64,000 nucleotides of DNA from Chrysomallon squamiferum. Lineage: Eukaryota; Animalia; Mollusca. Shown here piece by piece: positions 30,595 through 45,186 of this stretch. The notes below the pieces were generated by a model, which saw only the letters and a program-made list of their open reading frames with translations, was not told the origin of the DNA and did not search any database. The position numbers and the translations under genes were made by a program. Location of the stretch: assembly GCA_012295275.1 (NCBI GenBank), contig CM022668.1, positions 558,001 to 622,000 on the forward strand, written 5' to 3'. How positions within the stretch are numbered: the first letter of the stretch is position 1; the number at the start of each line of letters is the position of its first letter.

Positions 30595-31525
30595 TTGACA
30601 AACAGGTTTTTACGATGTGTAATGGATAAAAAAAAAATAATTCTTTAATTTAGAAAATAATTACACATCTATATATATTTACTTTGCTTTCGCTGAACTT
30701 ACACAGACTAATAACCCCCACATACATGCTTCATTTTGTTTGGTAATTTTCTTTTTTCTTTTCTTTAATTCTAACTTTTTCTTTGTTGGTTTTTTTATGG
30801 GTTTTTTTTTCTTACATAATTAGTTTATAAGATGAAGTATTCGAGTCGACTAAGTATCTGTAACAAGATCGTTTATTTTAACGAGCTATTCACGGATTAA
30901 ATCTCGCTTTGTTACGCTCCGTATCGCGGTAATTCGGTTTCGCGGACAGACGGACAGATGTAACGACGTTTGGATGTTTGATAAACGCATCAGACGCGGC
31001 CTGATCGCCAGCACGCGCTCATTTTTCTTCTACTGTGCGAGCAGACGAAATTAGCAGTGACCACTGAAGAGCAGACAGTACGGTATGTTTTGAAGACGTC
31101 ACAATAGGTACTAACTAGCAGCGACATTTGACTAAAAGTGAAGTAGCTCGTTGTTCTTTTTAGAGTGTTGCCAGACAAAAGAAGTTTAGGAATATAGCTT
31201 ATTATGTTTTTTCTCTTCGGGAAATCTAATAAAGACCTCAAATAAGCTTCCGGTGTACATGTAATGATGTCGATAACTGACTGAAGTCGAGTTTGCACAG
31301 TACTATTTGTTGATATAGTTTTTAATATATCAATATATTTAATGTATTATATGTGTGCCTCTTTATACGTCTGTATGTTCCTGCCTGTCTATCTATCTGT
31401 GTCGCTGTGTGTATGAAATTACCCTGTCTATTTAGCCTTCTATATTATTGTTATTTCTGTGTGTCTCTGTGCATTTGTTTGAATGTATGTGTGAGCGTAT
31501 ATATGAATGCGTCTTTCTGGGGTTT

Positions 31526-31559
<34 letters not shown>

Positions 31560-32474
31560 TATGTGTGTGTGATAACCAACATATTAAAACTGCTCTAACC
31601 ATGATACTATTTGCCTGACTAGCCTGTTAAAAGAATCCAAGTACGATTAATGTTTTTCTACAGTTATTATGATTATTATTGTTTTATTATTATTATTGTT
31701 ATAGTTGTTGTTGCTGTTGTTGCTGTTATTATTATTATAATTTTGTGATCTAACTAATCCATATCAGGATTGTACTATTATGACATTAATAGGAAATGAG
31801 AGGATAAAAATAATAATAAGAATAATAAATTAAAAGACGCAACGAAGTGGGCTTTTGTTCATTTCAACAATATGATGTAACATTCTCAACAAACTGTGTT
31901 CATCCGATAAATGAAATTGTCTAAAATGCATAAAACAGCGACCTCTAGTGGCGTATTTTCTTTCTTGACCAGCCTTATCTCCATTACTATGAAATTAAAA
32001 GTGGTCGAAATTTTAACGTTTTATATTTAAAAAGAATCCCAAGAGATATGCGACGGATACAATGATATCAGCAGTGACAGGACCCGTTAACGTTTTTCAA
32101 ATGTTAAAATGAATTTCCTTATTTTTCTTAACATTTTTAAAATATCGAAGCTCATATTTCCTTGTTTGATTTCTGGATTCTATATAATATTTTCCCTAGA
32201 GGATGAAATCATTTACGGAAGTAGTATAACTTGGAAAATAACAACAACCCTCTAGAAGCAGTCCTGGAGTTGCCTTGTCTGTTATGTTTTCATTGACTGA
32301 AAATTACTACAGCAACAAGAGCGATTTTTGTATTCCGTTTATCCAACATTTCACTAACATACATGGTAGCGCATATCACGTAAATACCCTTCATCTACTT
32401 TTCTAATTGTTTTGTACCTATATAGAATTTAAATGATTAATAAATAGTTGATCTCCTGTCATCTCTCTCTCGCT

Positions 32475-32653
<179 letters not shown>

Positions 32654-33936
32654 AGGGAGACCATACTGAATGACATCGGGTCGTTTCGACCTGGGCAAGA
32701 TAAAGCTGATGTTCTAAGACTGTTTCTCATTCTCTTTCTCCCGTTAACGATTATTCACTGTTAAACACTGTTTCTAATAATAAATGCGAGAAGAAATATA
32801 TTTGCTAGTTTTATCTATTAGGATCTAAATTTATTTTATATTCATCGATGCATAAACGTCGGTTCATAAACGTATCGTGATGATGCTTGATTTTTGTGGG
32901 GGTTTTCTGGAAATGAATACAATGTTTATGATAACGATGATGTCATCAATCTTTTCTGTTATAAATGCATTTTGTCAATTTAAGCAGATGGTGCTGATGA
33001 CGTCGATGTAATTAAATTGATCGAATGTTTATGAGGTAAGTTATAACGTAACACGAATGAGATAAGATCTGAGAAAACTTAATAACCAAAGATTTGTGAA
33101 ATTCGTTGGATAAATCTCAAAAGACGACCCATTAAATGCTTAGGAGGGGGTTTTGCTAAATAAGGGAAGTTGAAAGGAAGAATAAAAGGAGAAAATACAA
33201 TTTCTGTTCTTTCTTTCTTTTCTTTTTTCTTTATATTTTTCCCCCTTTCTTTTAAAACTGATTTTCTGTTTTTTGTTATACCTTCTTTCTTCCAACTTTT
33301 TACACAGCATTTTTTCGTTTTAATTGCTTGTTTCTTTATTTCATACCTTCTTTCTCTCTTTCTTTTTTATCACCATCATCATCATCATCATCATTATTAC
33401 TACTACTATTATTATTATTGTTATTTGTTTTTTTAGTTTTCATACGTTCTATTAACCCCTCAGTGAACCAAGTCACATGGAATTTTAATTCTGTTTTATT
33501 CTTGACCATGCGAAACTGTTGTCTTATTAAAACCGAATCAATCCCACTTTAATCCTACTTTTTACGAAACATTACGTGATTCCCGATTTTTTCCGAACGC
33601 TAACGCTCTAACATTTTTCTATTAGCAATAAAGGAAAGATTAGTTAAACTATCAGATATGAAACTGACAGGTTCTGAGATCCTGTCTTCTTAATGAGTGA
33701 TGTAACAAAACACTGGTGCTGTATGGAACCAGAACTTTGTTTCTAGAGGTAAAGATGAAAATAAAGTTAAGTAAAAGTCAGATTCGACTTGAGGGCCACA
33801 CTCAACGACTTTCCTAGAAGCTAGAAATGTAATACGAATAATAATTTAAAAAGTTCACGCTAAAGTTTGGTGATATTTAATTATGCGAACAGCCGCAAGC
33901 AAGCTGCAAAGGTTCCATTCATACAAAAAAAAATTG

Positions 33937-33940
<4 letters not shown>

Positions 33941-34013
<73 letters not shown>
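33941..34013. repeat. (AG)n microsatellite
   Basis: Direct inspection. Confidence 0.95.
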
Positions 34014-34016
<3 letters not shown>

Positions 34017-34544
34017 CAACAGGCAAACAGACAGGACTTACTTCGAATGTTATAAAATCTCAGACCTCCCTTCTTGGAAAAAAAGTCTGAAATAAACAAT
34101 CAGAAATTATTAACTAACTACATAAACAATACACTTACTATATTAACAATACACTTAGTGGATAAACAAAGGCATCCTCTCCCGTCACCCCCCCCCCCCA
34201 TACTGCATCTTGACGAAACATGAAAAACTATTTACAAAATATTATCTCCATTAAACCAAATTTAATCTTTACTATGGACACAGTACTGTGTTTGATTTTT
34301 CATTGTAACTAATCCTTAAATATTTGTCTGCAACTGTGTAACAATGGAAGGAAATACAAACCAAGCTTAAAGGGAATCTATCAGCTTTATTTACTCAAAA
34401 CATTATATTACATGCTCAAAGTAATTCCCCAGTAAACATCAGTCGTATTTGAAAATAATAGCTGGGTTTTTTTCCAAAACAATTAATTTGTTAACTGAAA
34501 TGAGATGGAATGTCTAGTAAATAAAACAAACCTGAAATATCATT

Positions 34545-35345
34545 AAATTAATTGGATGTTAGTATAATTGAATACTTTGTTATTTATAAATGTAAATACA
34601 ACGTAATTAAGAATACTGATATCTAATTTTTTTAAATATTTAGTTATCATGATAATCAAATTAATTGTTATTAATGTCACAATTATCAGTATGATTACAT
34701 ATTTTGTTACGAATAATTTAATTAAATATATTATCAGTAGGATTAAATACGTATTCAATGTAACTTAATACATTATTAATATTAATCAATATACAATGTA
34801 ATTAAACACATTATTAACTTAATTAAATACGTTATAAATATAATTGTATATGTTATCGTTTTAATTAAATGCATTATCAATATAACGTTATCAGTACAAT
34901 TAAATATGTTATCAATATAACTAAAATGTTACTAGTATTAGTAAATACTTCTATAGAACTAAATACCTTATAAATATATTTGAATACATTATCAATATTA
35001 TCAGTAGCTTATCAATACAATTAAAGACGTTACCAGTATTATTAAATAAACATAGTATGCTCTGAATACAACTAAATCCTTTTCAGTATTATTTAAATAT
35101 GACACAATATAAATAAATATGTTATCAGTATAAGTAAATGTTATCATTACTATTAAATCGTTTCAATATTAGTCTCAATATTATTAATATTACTGAATAT
35201 AATATCATTGTAATTAAATATTTCATTAATATAACCTAATAAGTTTTCAACACCAGTAAATTTATCCTTATTATTTATTAAGTTATGAATCACTTCACAT
35301 TTTTATTATATACATTATTAAACAATACGTCATCAATTTAATGTA
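34545..35345. repeat. Degenerate approximately 21-bp AT-rich minisatellite (consensus near TAATTAAATACGTTATCAATA)
   Basis: Recurring units such as taattaaacacattattaact, taattaaatacgttataaata, taattaaatgcattatcaata and caattaaatatgttatcaata over about 800 bp; boundaries approximate. Confidence 0.8.
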
Positions 35346-35827
35346 AATAAACACTAAAAAAAAACATGTTTCTTGAATCGCCAGAAAAGCTTATCCAGTC
35401 TAATATTCTCTTTAAGAGAAAAACAAAAATTTGTTGTTACACTTGACTACAAAACATGTTGGTTATTTTGACACTAATACAAATTACTGCAAAACCAAAC
35501 GGCGTTAGGGGAATGTTTGCTATGTTTACCTGATTAATCAGTTTGAGTTTGAAATTAGCGAGATTCGAAATACTTTCCTGAAATGTCAAATAACGATTTG
35601 AGTTTAACAAATTTGTAGATTGTAGATAAAGATAAACATGAATTAAAACAAGTAAATCACTAACAATGTATCAACGTTGGGATGAAAGTCTGACTAAATA
35701 ATGTTTGAAGCCGAAAGAAAATGTTAGAACAATTGATTGACTGTCACCTACAAGTTGATAATGGATTGAAGACAACTGAATTTAGTCAATCACAGAACTC
35801 AGTGTTCTAAGTGTGTGTGTGTGTGTG

Positions 35828-35881
<54 letters not shown>

Positions 35882-37387
35882 AGTGCATGGACGTGTTTTC
35901 TTCTACTTTTACTACTATAAAACATCTATTCTACTTCTTTACTACACAAATATAACTACTATGTAACCACATTTATTACTAATTTCTGGCTTTGTCAGAG
36001 TGTGTCAGTGAATACACCATAACCACTATTACTACTACTACCTCCAATGCTAAGACAAGTAATTAGTTTTTTTTAATTGTTTCTTATTACTACTACTGTT
36101 TTACAATTTCAACTACTATTAATACTAGTATTACTTCTATGACATTAGTTTTTTTCTATAACTACTACAAGTTACTCAGTGACTACAGCTACAAATATAA
36201 TATTATTACTTCTACAATGACTACTAATTCTGTTCTGTATCTAACATATTTCTACCGCTCTACAACTAACATTACTCTTGGTAATGTTTCTCCCATCAAT
36301 GTCTGTCTCAGTTACTGTTGTTACCGTTGTTGCCATTTCTGTTTTTACTATAATTCCAGTGACATGATTTTTTTTCTTTCTTTTTCTTTTTTTTCTAATC
36401 TTATTATGATGATAACATAAGATAACCAAAGACATCGTTAGTGGGATTAACATTTATCAGTTTAGAGGAAAAACGGGGGAAATGACGGCTGAAATTTTAA
36501 TATAATTGAACGAAGGCCCACAGATTTCGGAATGGGTGGGGGAAAAAATAAATTAATAATAATAAATAAATCCCAGAACACAAAGGACGTTTGTGGTATT
36601 TTTAAGAAATAAAATATAAATCTGTGATTTTCATGTTTCTTTTTTGGCTGTTTTGATTTAGAGGTTAATCTTCCCGTTATTATAACATATAACATATATA
36701 AAGAAATAAATTTTCCTGAATAAATTATAAAAGCTGTTTGAGGCTGTATGTAGAGATTAGAAAATAATTGTCACTAATTATCAGTGACCTAGTACAAGTC
36801 TTCAGGGTGTGTACCAGTCGTTGTTGTTTTTATTATCATCGCTATCGTTGTTATCATTATTTTTATTATTATTATTATTATACACTGAACTACACTAAAA
36901 AAGTTAATCAATAAAGTTTATTTTGATTAGCGATATCTCTAATACCATATAAGTTAATAGATTTCAAATATTTAATATTAAATATTCTGACAGATAGTCT
37001 TCAGAGCATACCTATTACATTTCCCCGTCATGCACTTACTGAAATGCAGTACTGTAAACTGGCATCGCAGGGTAGATTTGATCCTTTTACCTATCATGTA
37101 TAAAAATAGTGTAAAAAAAATAATTCCCATGACTAAGAGGTTTTTATTCGAATAAATGAAAAACTGCGAAAGCTATCTAGCTAAGTGCTACGATTATTAT
37201 AAACAATAAACAGAAGAAAATAATTTTGAAACATTATCGAAGACTGCAAATAGAACACAGTATTCTATAATTAACACAGAAGTTGTCCAAGGATTCAAAC
37301 GACCCATTGTGATACATAACAAACAGAAAGATAAAAAAGAAGCAATGTCAAGTTCTGCAAATGAAACATTATTCTACTAATAAAAAT

Positions 37388-37421
<34 letters not shown>

Positions 37422-37526
37422 CGCAGACTATTTCAATGGGTAATAATCAGAAGAAAAAAGTAGTAAAAAAGTAAAAATAATAATAATAAAAAAATATATA
37501 TATAATCAAATCAAATCAAATCAAAA

Positions 37527-37570
<44 letters not shown>

Positions 37571-39124
37571 AATAAAAAGAAAAGAAAAAAAGAAAATACT
37601 GACAGGACCTGCCTTAGTGAAGCATGAACAAAACTAAGAATAAAAATATAAAATTATATTCCTCTTCTCTCTCAACCCGCAAAATCAATACCAGAACTAA
37701 ACCAGGACATAAACAGTAATAAAAGTAACAAAATAAATCATTGAGCAGTTTGACTCTGGAGAGTAAGATCTGTAGACTATGACTTAAATAAGATAAACCA
37801 GACGATTTAAAATACACTATTATTAAAAAAAATTATCACTGAAGTACACGAGGTTCACGTCAGCAATTATAAATAGCTGCCACATAAAACAAAGGATTCA
37901 TTTGAACATATTTTCATTAATCTCTGCCAACGAGGGAAAACGTTGGAACGAGAAAAACATATTAGGTTATTCGTAGTTTGTGGACATGTTATTTCTGTAA
38001 TATTCCCTACAGACATACGCAGTGACAGACGCACAGAAAGACGTTAATAACCTGTCGAGTATTGAAGGTTGTAGAATTAATCTGTTTAGTGCTGTTCTGC
38101 TTTTGGTTCAAGGCTTTGTTTAAAGGTAATAACAACATGGACGACTGCAGTTTGGAGGTTTTATCGTTGTTGAGTGTTTATTTGTTTGTTAATTACTGAA
38201 AAGTAATTATTGACTGAACTGACTGGTATCAGTTAGTGAATGTGTGTGTGTGTGTATTGTGTGTCTCTTCTATCTGTGTATGTGTTATTCAACAATTCAA
38301 ACAGAGAAACAGACAGAAAAGTAATCTGAAGGAGAAACAGTGAGAGACAGAAAGGGAGAGAGACAGAGAGAGTGAGAGATGTTACACATTTTATTGCTTT
38401 TGATGACAGTTGTGAACATTTCCGTTTTTAAGTGCCTCACTAAATATTTCGTTTCACTAATTTAGCCCCCACAGTCGTAAATGATTTATGTGTTTTAAGC
38501 AGAGGGAAATAATAAAAACATATATATAAAGGGCCAAACAATTAGAAAATGCACGGATTTCACTTTGAATAGTCGTAAAGCGAGTTTACACTCCACTGAA
38601 AGTACGAAACAGTGTTTAGTGTGAAGGCGACTGTAAGAATAATTCTGATTGTTAAGTACGTCTACGTGGATGCTCTCTATTTTGGTAGATTTGTAGGCAA
38701 CACAGACACTGACTCTTAAAGTTAGAATATGTAAAAGTTTTACTGAATTTAGTCAGTCACAAATTAGTGAATCAGACGTAAATTTAGTTCAGAGATTTTA
38801 ACAACACAAATTCAAACACTTAAAAAAAAGACAGTTAGTCTGTGTGATTTGAAATTTAGGACTAATTTTAAGTTCAGTTTGTTGCTGTATCACACACACA
38901 TAGACCATCAACACAAAAGGAAATCTAAACCGACCAATAACATCTAACAAAAACAAAATCAAAAAGTAGCCATCAAATCTATAATTCAAACATATAGTTG
39001 ATTATGAATGACATTCAATAATCAGAGTTTTTGGTATCTTATTATATATGTATCTTTTTGTGCATGTAAATAATCCTTAAATATGTATGTATGTATGTAT
39101 ATACTTACTTATATATATTTACTT

Positions 39125-39175
39125 TAGGATTTTGAATATTCTGATTAGACTCTGCACATAGACAATATTCGGGAA
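39125..39175 (+). repeat. Copy 1 of a short interspersed hairpin repeat (copy 2 at 63040-63102, inverted)
   Basis: 51 bp match to the reverse complement of 63040-63102 with 2 mismatches and one 12-bp gap. Confidence 0.85.
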
Positions 39176-41897
39176 TTCAAAATATGTTCCAGTACGTACA
39201 GAAAAGTCTGTCTGTCTGTCTGTCATATTTTTCATATTCAGTTAATTTTTTTTTTTTTTTTCACTTCTTATCTTTGTTTAGGTAACTGCTTTTAAAATTC
39301 TTAATATAACATATTAATTTATTATCTTTATTATTTTTTTTTTTTCTTCTGGTTTCTTCTTTTATAGTTCTTTGTTGCTAAAAAGAAACAAAAATGAAAT
39401 CTGCTCTATGGCGGTTGCTGAGCTAGCTTTTCATCTCAACAATGACTTTTAATAAAGACTATCATGTTTTTCTGTCTGCGTGGTAAAGATTAAATTTAAT
39501 TTAGGTTTTTGCCTCAGACTGTCATAAACGAAAAAAAAAAAGTAGAAAATAGCAGAAGTGCTGTTGGAAATGATGTATATTTTGATATGGCTTGAACAAT
39601 ATAAGAATGTGGACTGTTTCACAAAGGACAGTACATTTGTGAAGTAGAAGCGGAACAGAACAATTAATTTCAGAAGAAAAGTGATTAGCTAATTTAGTGC
39701 AGACAGAAAGATAGATAGAGAAATATTGAAAGAGAGATTCTGAAGATAAGAGAAAATAGGGAAAACGACGTAAAATAAATAAATAATAACTTTATTCTAA
39801 TGGAAATTCTTGTTAAATAAGTTCACTTTCATTTTCAGTTTGTGAGCTTCATGCATGCGGGAAAGTACAAGTAATTTTAACACGCCATAAATGTAATGAC
39901 ATTTTTATGTCACACAAGAAATTCTTTGATGAGGAGTTTTAGTGTCTAATACAATCGATTATTAAATCCAAACACATCAAAAAAGTAAGTGAAGAACGTT
40001 CAAAGAAAAAGAAATAACAAAATATATTTTTACGATAGGATTTCGTGCGAACGTTTTGATCACATAATAGATTGAAAAGTGAATTAAGTAGATTAGGTTT
40101 CCTTTGATGAACGCGCTTTATTTTGTTTGTTTTCTTAACGATGATTCTTATCATTTAAAAGAAAACAAACAATTTTTATTTTATTATTTTTTTTTTTAAA
40201 TTAAAAATTGAAGCAAAATTATTAAATAATACAGACTCAAAGCTGATATATATCTAAGAAGATTTGTGGGGATAAAAAGAATATAATCATCATCATCATC
40301 ATAACAACAACACTAACATTCATAATAATAATAATAATGATGATGATATATAATAAACAATAATAATAATGATGATGACGATGATGACAGTAATAATAAT
40401 ATATACGTATTTTGTTACTGGATAGACTAAATAAAAATACAAATAATATTGAAAGTCAGGCACATATACTGACAGACAGATTTACAGACATTATATTGTT
40501 GCATTATGTATATTTACAGATAGACAAAACGAAAAACATAGAGACAGAGAAAGCCTTAGTAGTGATGATGATGATGACGATGATACCAGTATACTGCTTA
40601 TGTCGATGATGGCGAGAATGATGATGATGATGATGATGATAAATATAACGTGGGAAGGCTTGAGTGTAATTCGCAAATTAGAACCAGTTTTCCTAAAAAC
40701 TAGGCACAAATGAATTAATTATATGAATAAATAAATGTTTATTTATTTAATTCTATTAGACTATTAGCAGTTAACATTATACAAAATAATCTGACGCTGA
40801 GTGTGGACGACAACACTACCGTACTGTAGTCTAATCAAACTGGCAGCAAGAGCTCGCATTCGCGTACCGAAAAACATATTTAACATGTGAAAATAAATCA
40901 GTCAAGGTCATTGTCTGAAACAAAAATACAGAGAAAATGAGAAAATTAAAATCAAAATCAAAAACAAAAACATTCTTTTTATATCTGTTGAAAAAACCTG
41001 TGACGTCACTTTCGACGTCATGAGTAAGCTATTTTTGTCATTGCATTCTGTGAATAATCTCACACTGTTGTGAAGTACACGTATTTTTTTAAACAGTTGT
41101 TACAAAATGGCGAACGTGATTTACTGTTTATGTCGATCTAGTTCATGGGTGCTGTAACAAGAGCTGATTAAAGTTATTTTTGTTGGAGTTTTTATTATGT
41201 TGAAAAAAATGTGTGAATTAGAAAACACTGCAATTTAGGAATAACTTTAATGGCATTAGATAAATTTATTTCCTTCTTCCATTTAAATTTTCAAAACAGT
41301 CTGCTTCTCTTTTCTTATTTCTTTCAGCTTTCTTCCAGTTTTTATTTATTTATTTTTTATTTTTTTTCCTAAATAGTTTTATCATCTCCTGCTTTCTTTT
41401 CCCTTCTTTCCTTCAGTCATTCCACATTTGTCATTTTTACAGTGTTTATCTTTCTTTCTACCATTTCTTTATTGATTCTTTGAACGTTTACATGTAACAA
41501 AAATAACACATAAATACAAACATACACACTCACACACTGTACATTTACTACGACATTTTCTAAAACAAAAACTGTGATTTCACGGGAGTACCTTTTGTTG
41601 GAAATAGAAATCATCGCTACTAGCTAGCGATATTTTAACAACTCCAAACAGCATGAAACACAATTTTCTGTTATCCCAGGCACAAAATTAGCAATTTGTG
41701 AATAGATAAGTGAGCTGGTTTAAATTTCCTTTATTTAATTGTTGTAATTTTGGATCAGTGAAATCTATTTGCCAATATGCAGTGTTACTTGTAAATAGAA
41801 ATATGGAGAAAACTAAAAATTAATTTATATACTAGTGCTTTTTTCTTCAGATACTTCTATACCATAACTACTTCTACTAACTGTACTATTAGTAGTT

Positions 41898-41939
<42 letters not shown>

Positions 41940-42178
41940 TAAGTAGTAGCAGTAAGACTAATGACTGTGGTGGTAGTCGTAGTGGTAGCAGTAGTAGTAA
42001 TACTATGAAAAGTCGGTGACTGATGCAAAGCGGACGTGAAGAAATGGTTCACACTCACTGTTAAAATAATTAATTATTGTGTAATTGATTTAAAACTTTA
42101 ATAATAATGAATTTAAAAATTATGAAAAGAAAAAAGAAAACAACAGAAATACCCCAACAAAATCAAACAACAAAAACA

Positions 42179-42246
<68 letters not shown>

Positions 42247-42672
42247 GTTTGTGGCAGTGACATTGCTAAATGTAATTTAATTATTTTATTTGCTTCCTAT
42301 CGTATTAACACATCCTAACTGAAAATATTACAAAATGAACAACAGACAACACACTGATATTTAAGGAATACAGTCCATGATTTGAGATCTCATTGCACAG
42401 GGATCTAATCTTATTTCATATGCCAGAGATTAGACATGCGTTCTATCTTGACTTTAGGAAAATATACGCAACATATCCTTTTCTGTGATTATTGTAATAT
42501 AACAACAAAAACAATAACAACAAAAGTAATAATCATAATTGTAATGATGATGATATTGATGATAATAACAATAGAAACAATAGCAGCAACACAACAACAA
42601 CAACAACAACATCACCTACAATAAATAGCAATAATAGAAAGACAAATGATCGATTCTTACAATCCCCGTTAC

Positions 42673-42695
42673 CTGGATCATGACAAGATCAAACC
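42673..42695 (-). CDS. AT: Probable 23-nt upstream microexon of the allatotropin gene carrying an in-frame ATG (42681-42679; adds MIQ-NFAQR)
   Basis: Minus strand tttttatttcttttcAG|GGTTTGATCTTGTCATGATCCAG|GTAACG. ATG ATC CAG splices in frame to AAC TTC GCT CAG AGA ATG at 27909-27892. Confidence 0.55.
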
Positions 42696-43345
42696 CTGAA
42701 AAGAAATAAAAAGTAACAAACACAGAAATAAATAGTAGAAAACTTGCTGCACGCCACATATCACATTATTTTGTTTTGTATTTAGCTTGCTTCGAGCAAG
42801 TGGGAAACAACTCACAAATTGCTCGCTCCGGGCACGAAGCAAAGCTAGCGAAATTCACAGAATGACAAACACTTAGTTTCGTAGCTCAGTGGGCACAGCA
42901 GGGAAGAGAAAACGAGTTCTTTAGTAATCGCCGCGAGTCAGTCTATTCTAGACTTGTACAGCGTTGGAGAAAAACGGCTAAGATTAAAGAGAAAACTCAG
43001 TCTTTAATATGAATGTTTGAAACTGTCGTGGCTGGTTGATTAAATCGTTAATTAGAAAACAGATATTTGCAGGGAGAAAGAAAGGTGTATAATTAGAAGA
43101 AAACAAATATTTTACACGTTTCTTTGAACTGTGTAACAAACACTTAAACGATTTAACTGTTTCTTCTTTTTTTTTTTTGTATTTAGAAAACTTTATTTTT
43201 GTCTAATGTTCCTCTAGAATACAGATTTTCTAAATATATTTAGTATATTTCCAATGTAACTGTTCAAAACACCAATCTTTACTATTAAAAAATATGACGA
43301 TGCAGTAGCAAGCACGTTTAAATTCACACATTTAAACACACACAC

Positions 43346-43377
<32 letters not shown>

Positions 43378-43844
43378 GTCTACATTTTCCTTTCTTCAGT
43401 GACGTCATTTCGTACACACAGATACATACATATGCACCTATTATATTATTGATTTTCCCGTTTCTAAATGCTATCGTGTTTTAAATAGTATGTTATTTTG
43501 GAGAGGTTGGATGATGGAGTAGAATATGGGTGTAATTACAAATTAAAATACACCACTATATTACTGCCACAATCCACCATCTGGTAACATGTGATGCGGT
43601 TGGTGGGAGGGAATTATTTTCTTTTCTGTGACTTCCAAAGCTTTCATAAAGTCTACTAAGTTAATCTCAGTGCGAAAAAAAACCAACACAATAATAATAA
43701 TAATAAATAAAATAAAATAAAATAAAAATTATTCACAACAATCGTCTTAATTTCAGAGCATTGAGTATGTGGAAACTAAAAACCTTAATTCACAATCTAA
43801 CTTTGTTGTTGGTGAGTTTGATAAAAAGCTTGAGAAGGAATATT

Positions 43845-43880
<36 letters not shown>

Positions 43881-45007
43881 AAGCAGCAGCAGTGGTTATA
43901 ACACCATCAGTAGCAGAAATAGATATTTCTGAAGAAGACGTAATAGTACTAGAAGTAATTGTTGAAGTACTAATAGTAGTTATAATAGTAATAGCAGAAG
44001 TGATAAATCAGGTTTGCTAGTTAGTATGTTAGTGACAAAAAGTAAATTTCAGTTTTAAGCTCCCTACCGGATTACTGGCTGACGTCTTAAACAACCGCCA
44101 ACTTCAACGCTGACAACGATAATGTATAAACTGCTTCGTAGCCGTTTGCTACTCGGCTTATTCCGTGATCCCCCGTGGCCTGACGGAAATACAGTCGATT
44201 ATGAACCAGTCTATAATTTCCCCTGACGACGTGAACCAGTCTCGGCGGAGTGATTTGAAAAGGTTTATCACGCGGACGTTTACGTTAAGCCTAATAACAC
44301 CTCTGAGGTGAAGGAATTTTATTTATTTCCAAACAGCCTGTATAAATCATCAGATGTTTTGTTTATTTTCTTTTTCATTTTTACTCCTTACTGTAGAGAC
44401 TTCACGTAAAGATTAACTTAAGGATGGATAAAAGTGAGCATTTGATATTTGTTGCTCTTTAATAAGATCAGTGAAGTAAGTTACAGTGCTACTGGTGGCA
44501 GTTATTAACATTTATTTATTTATTTTATTTTATTTTATTTATTTATTATTTTATCTTTTTTCCTTCTATCTGTATAAAACTTCATACTGAATGCAAAAGC
44601 TGAAATGAAGTTCTGTAACAGTGTTTCTTTTGGCATCCTTCCTCGTTTACGTTCTCTGAAAATACGAAAATACCCGAACTGTTTCTCTTTTTGTCGCCCA
44701 CGGACATCTGTACCAATCATTGTATTCGTGTGTTCTCCGTCTCGCGGTGGCGCGAGCTTGGTACTACCGAAAGCTCTAGAGCGATCTGTATTTGTTTTTT
44801 CGTCTTTTGGATCTAAGTAGATCACTCGTTTCAAACTAGATCCGTATTTTCAGCAGAAATGAAATAAATAAATAAATAAAAAGAAGGAAGAAGAAATAAA
44901 CGGAATAGAAAAATAGAAAAAACGAAGAAGAAAGAAATAAAAATAAAGTGATAGATGATAACGAAACGAAGTGAGAGGAAGAGAGGGAACGAGATAGATA
45001 CATAAAC

Positions 45008-45186
<179 letters not shown>

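Noticed and set aside
30990-31298. 102-aa minus-strand ORF
   Set aside because: Non-ATG start, no recognisable domain and no splice support.
42880-42895. TAGCTCAGTGG tRNA A-box-like word
   Set aside because: No B-box or cloverleaf follows.
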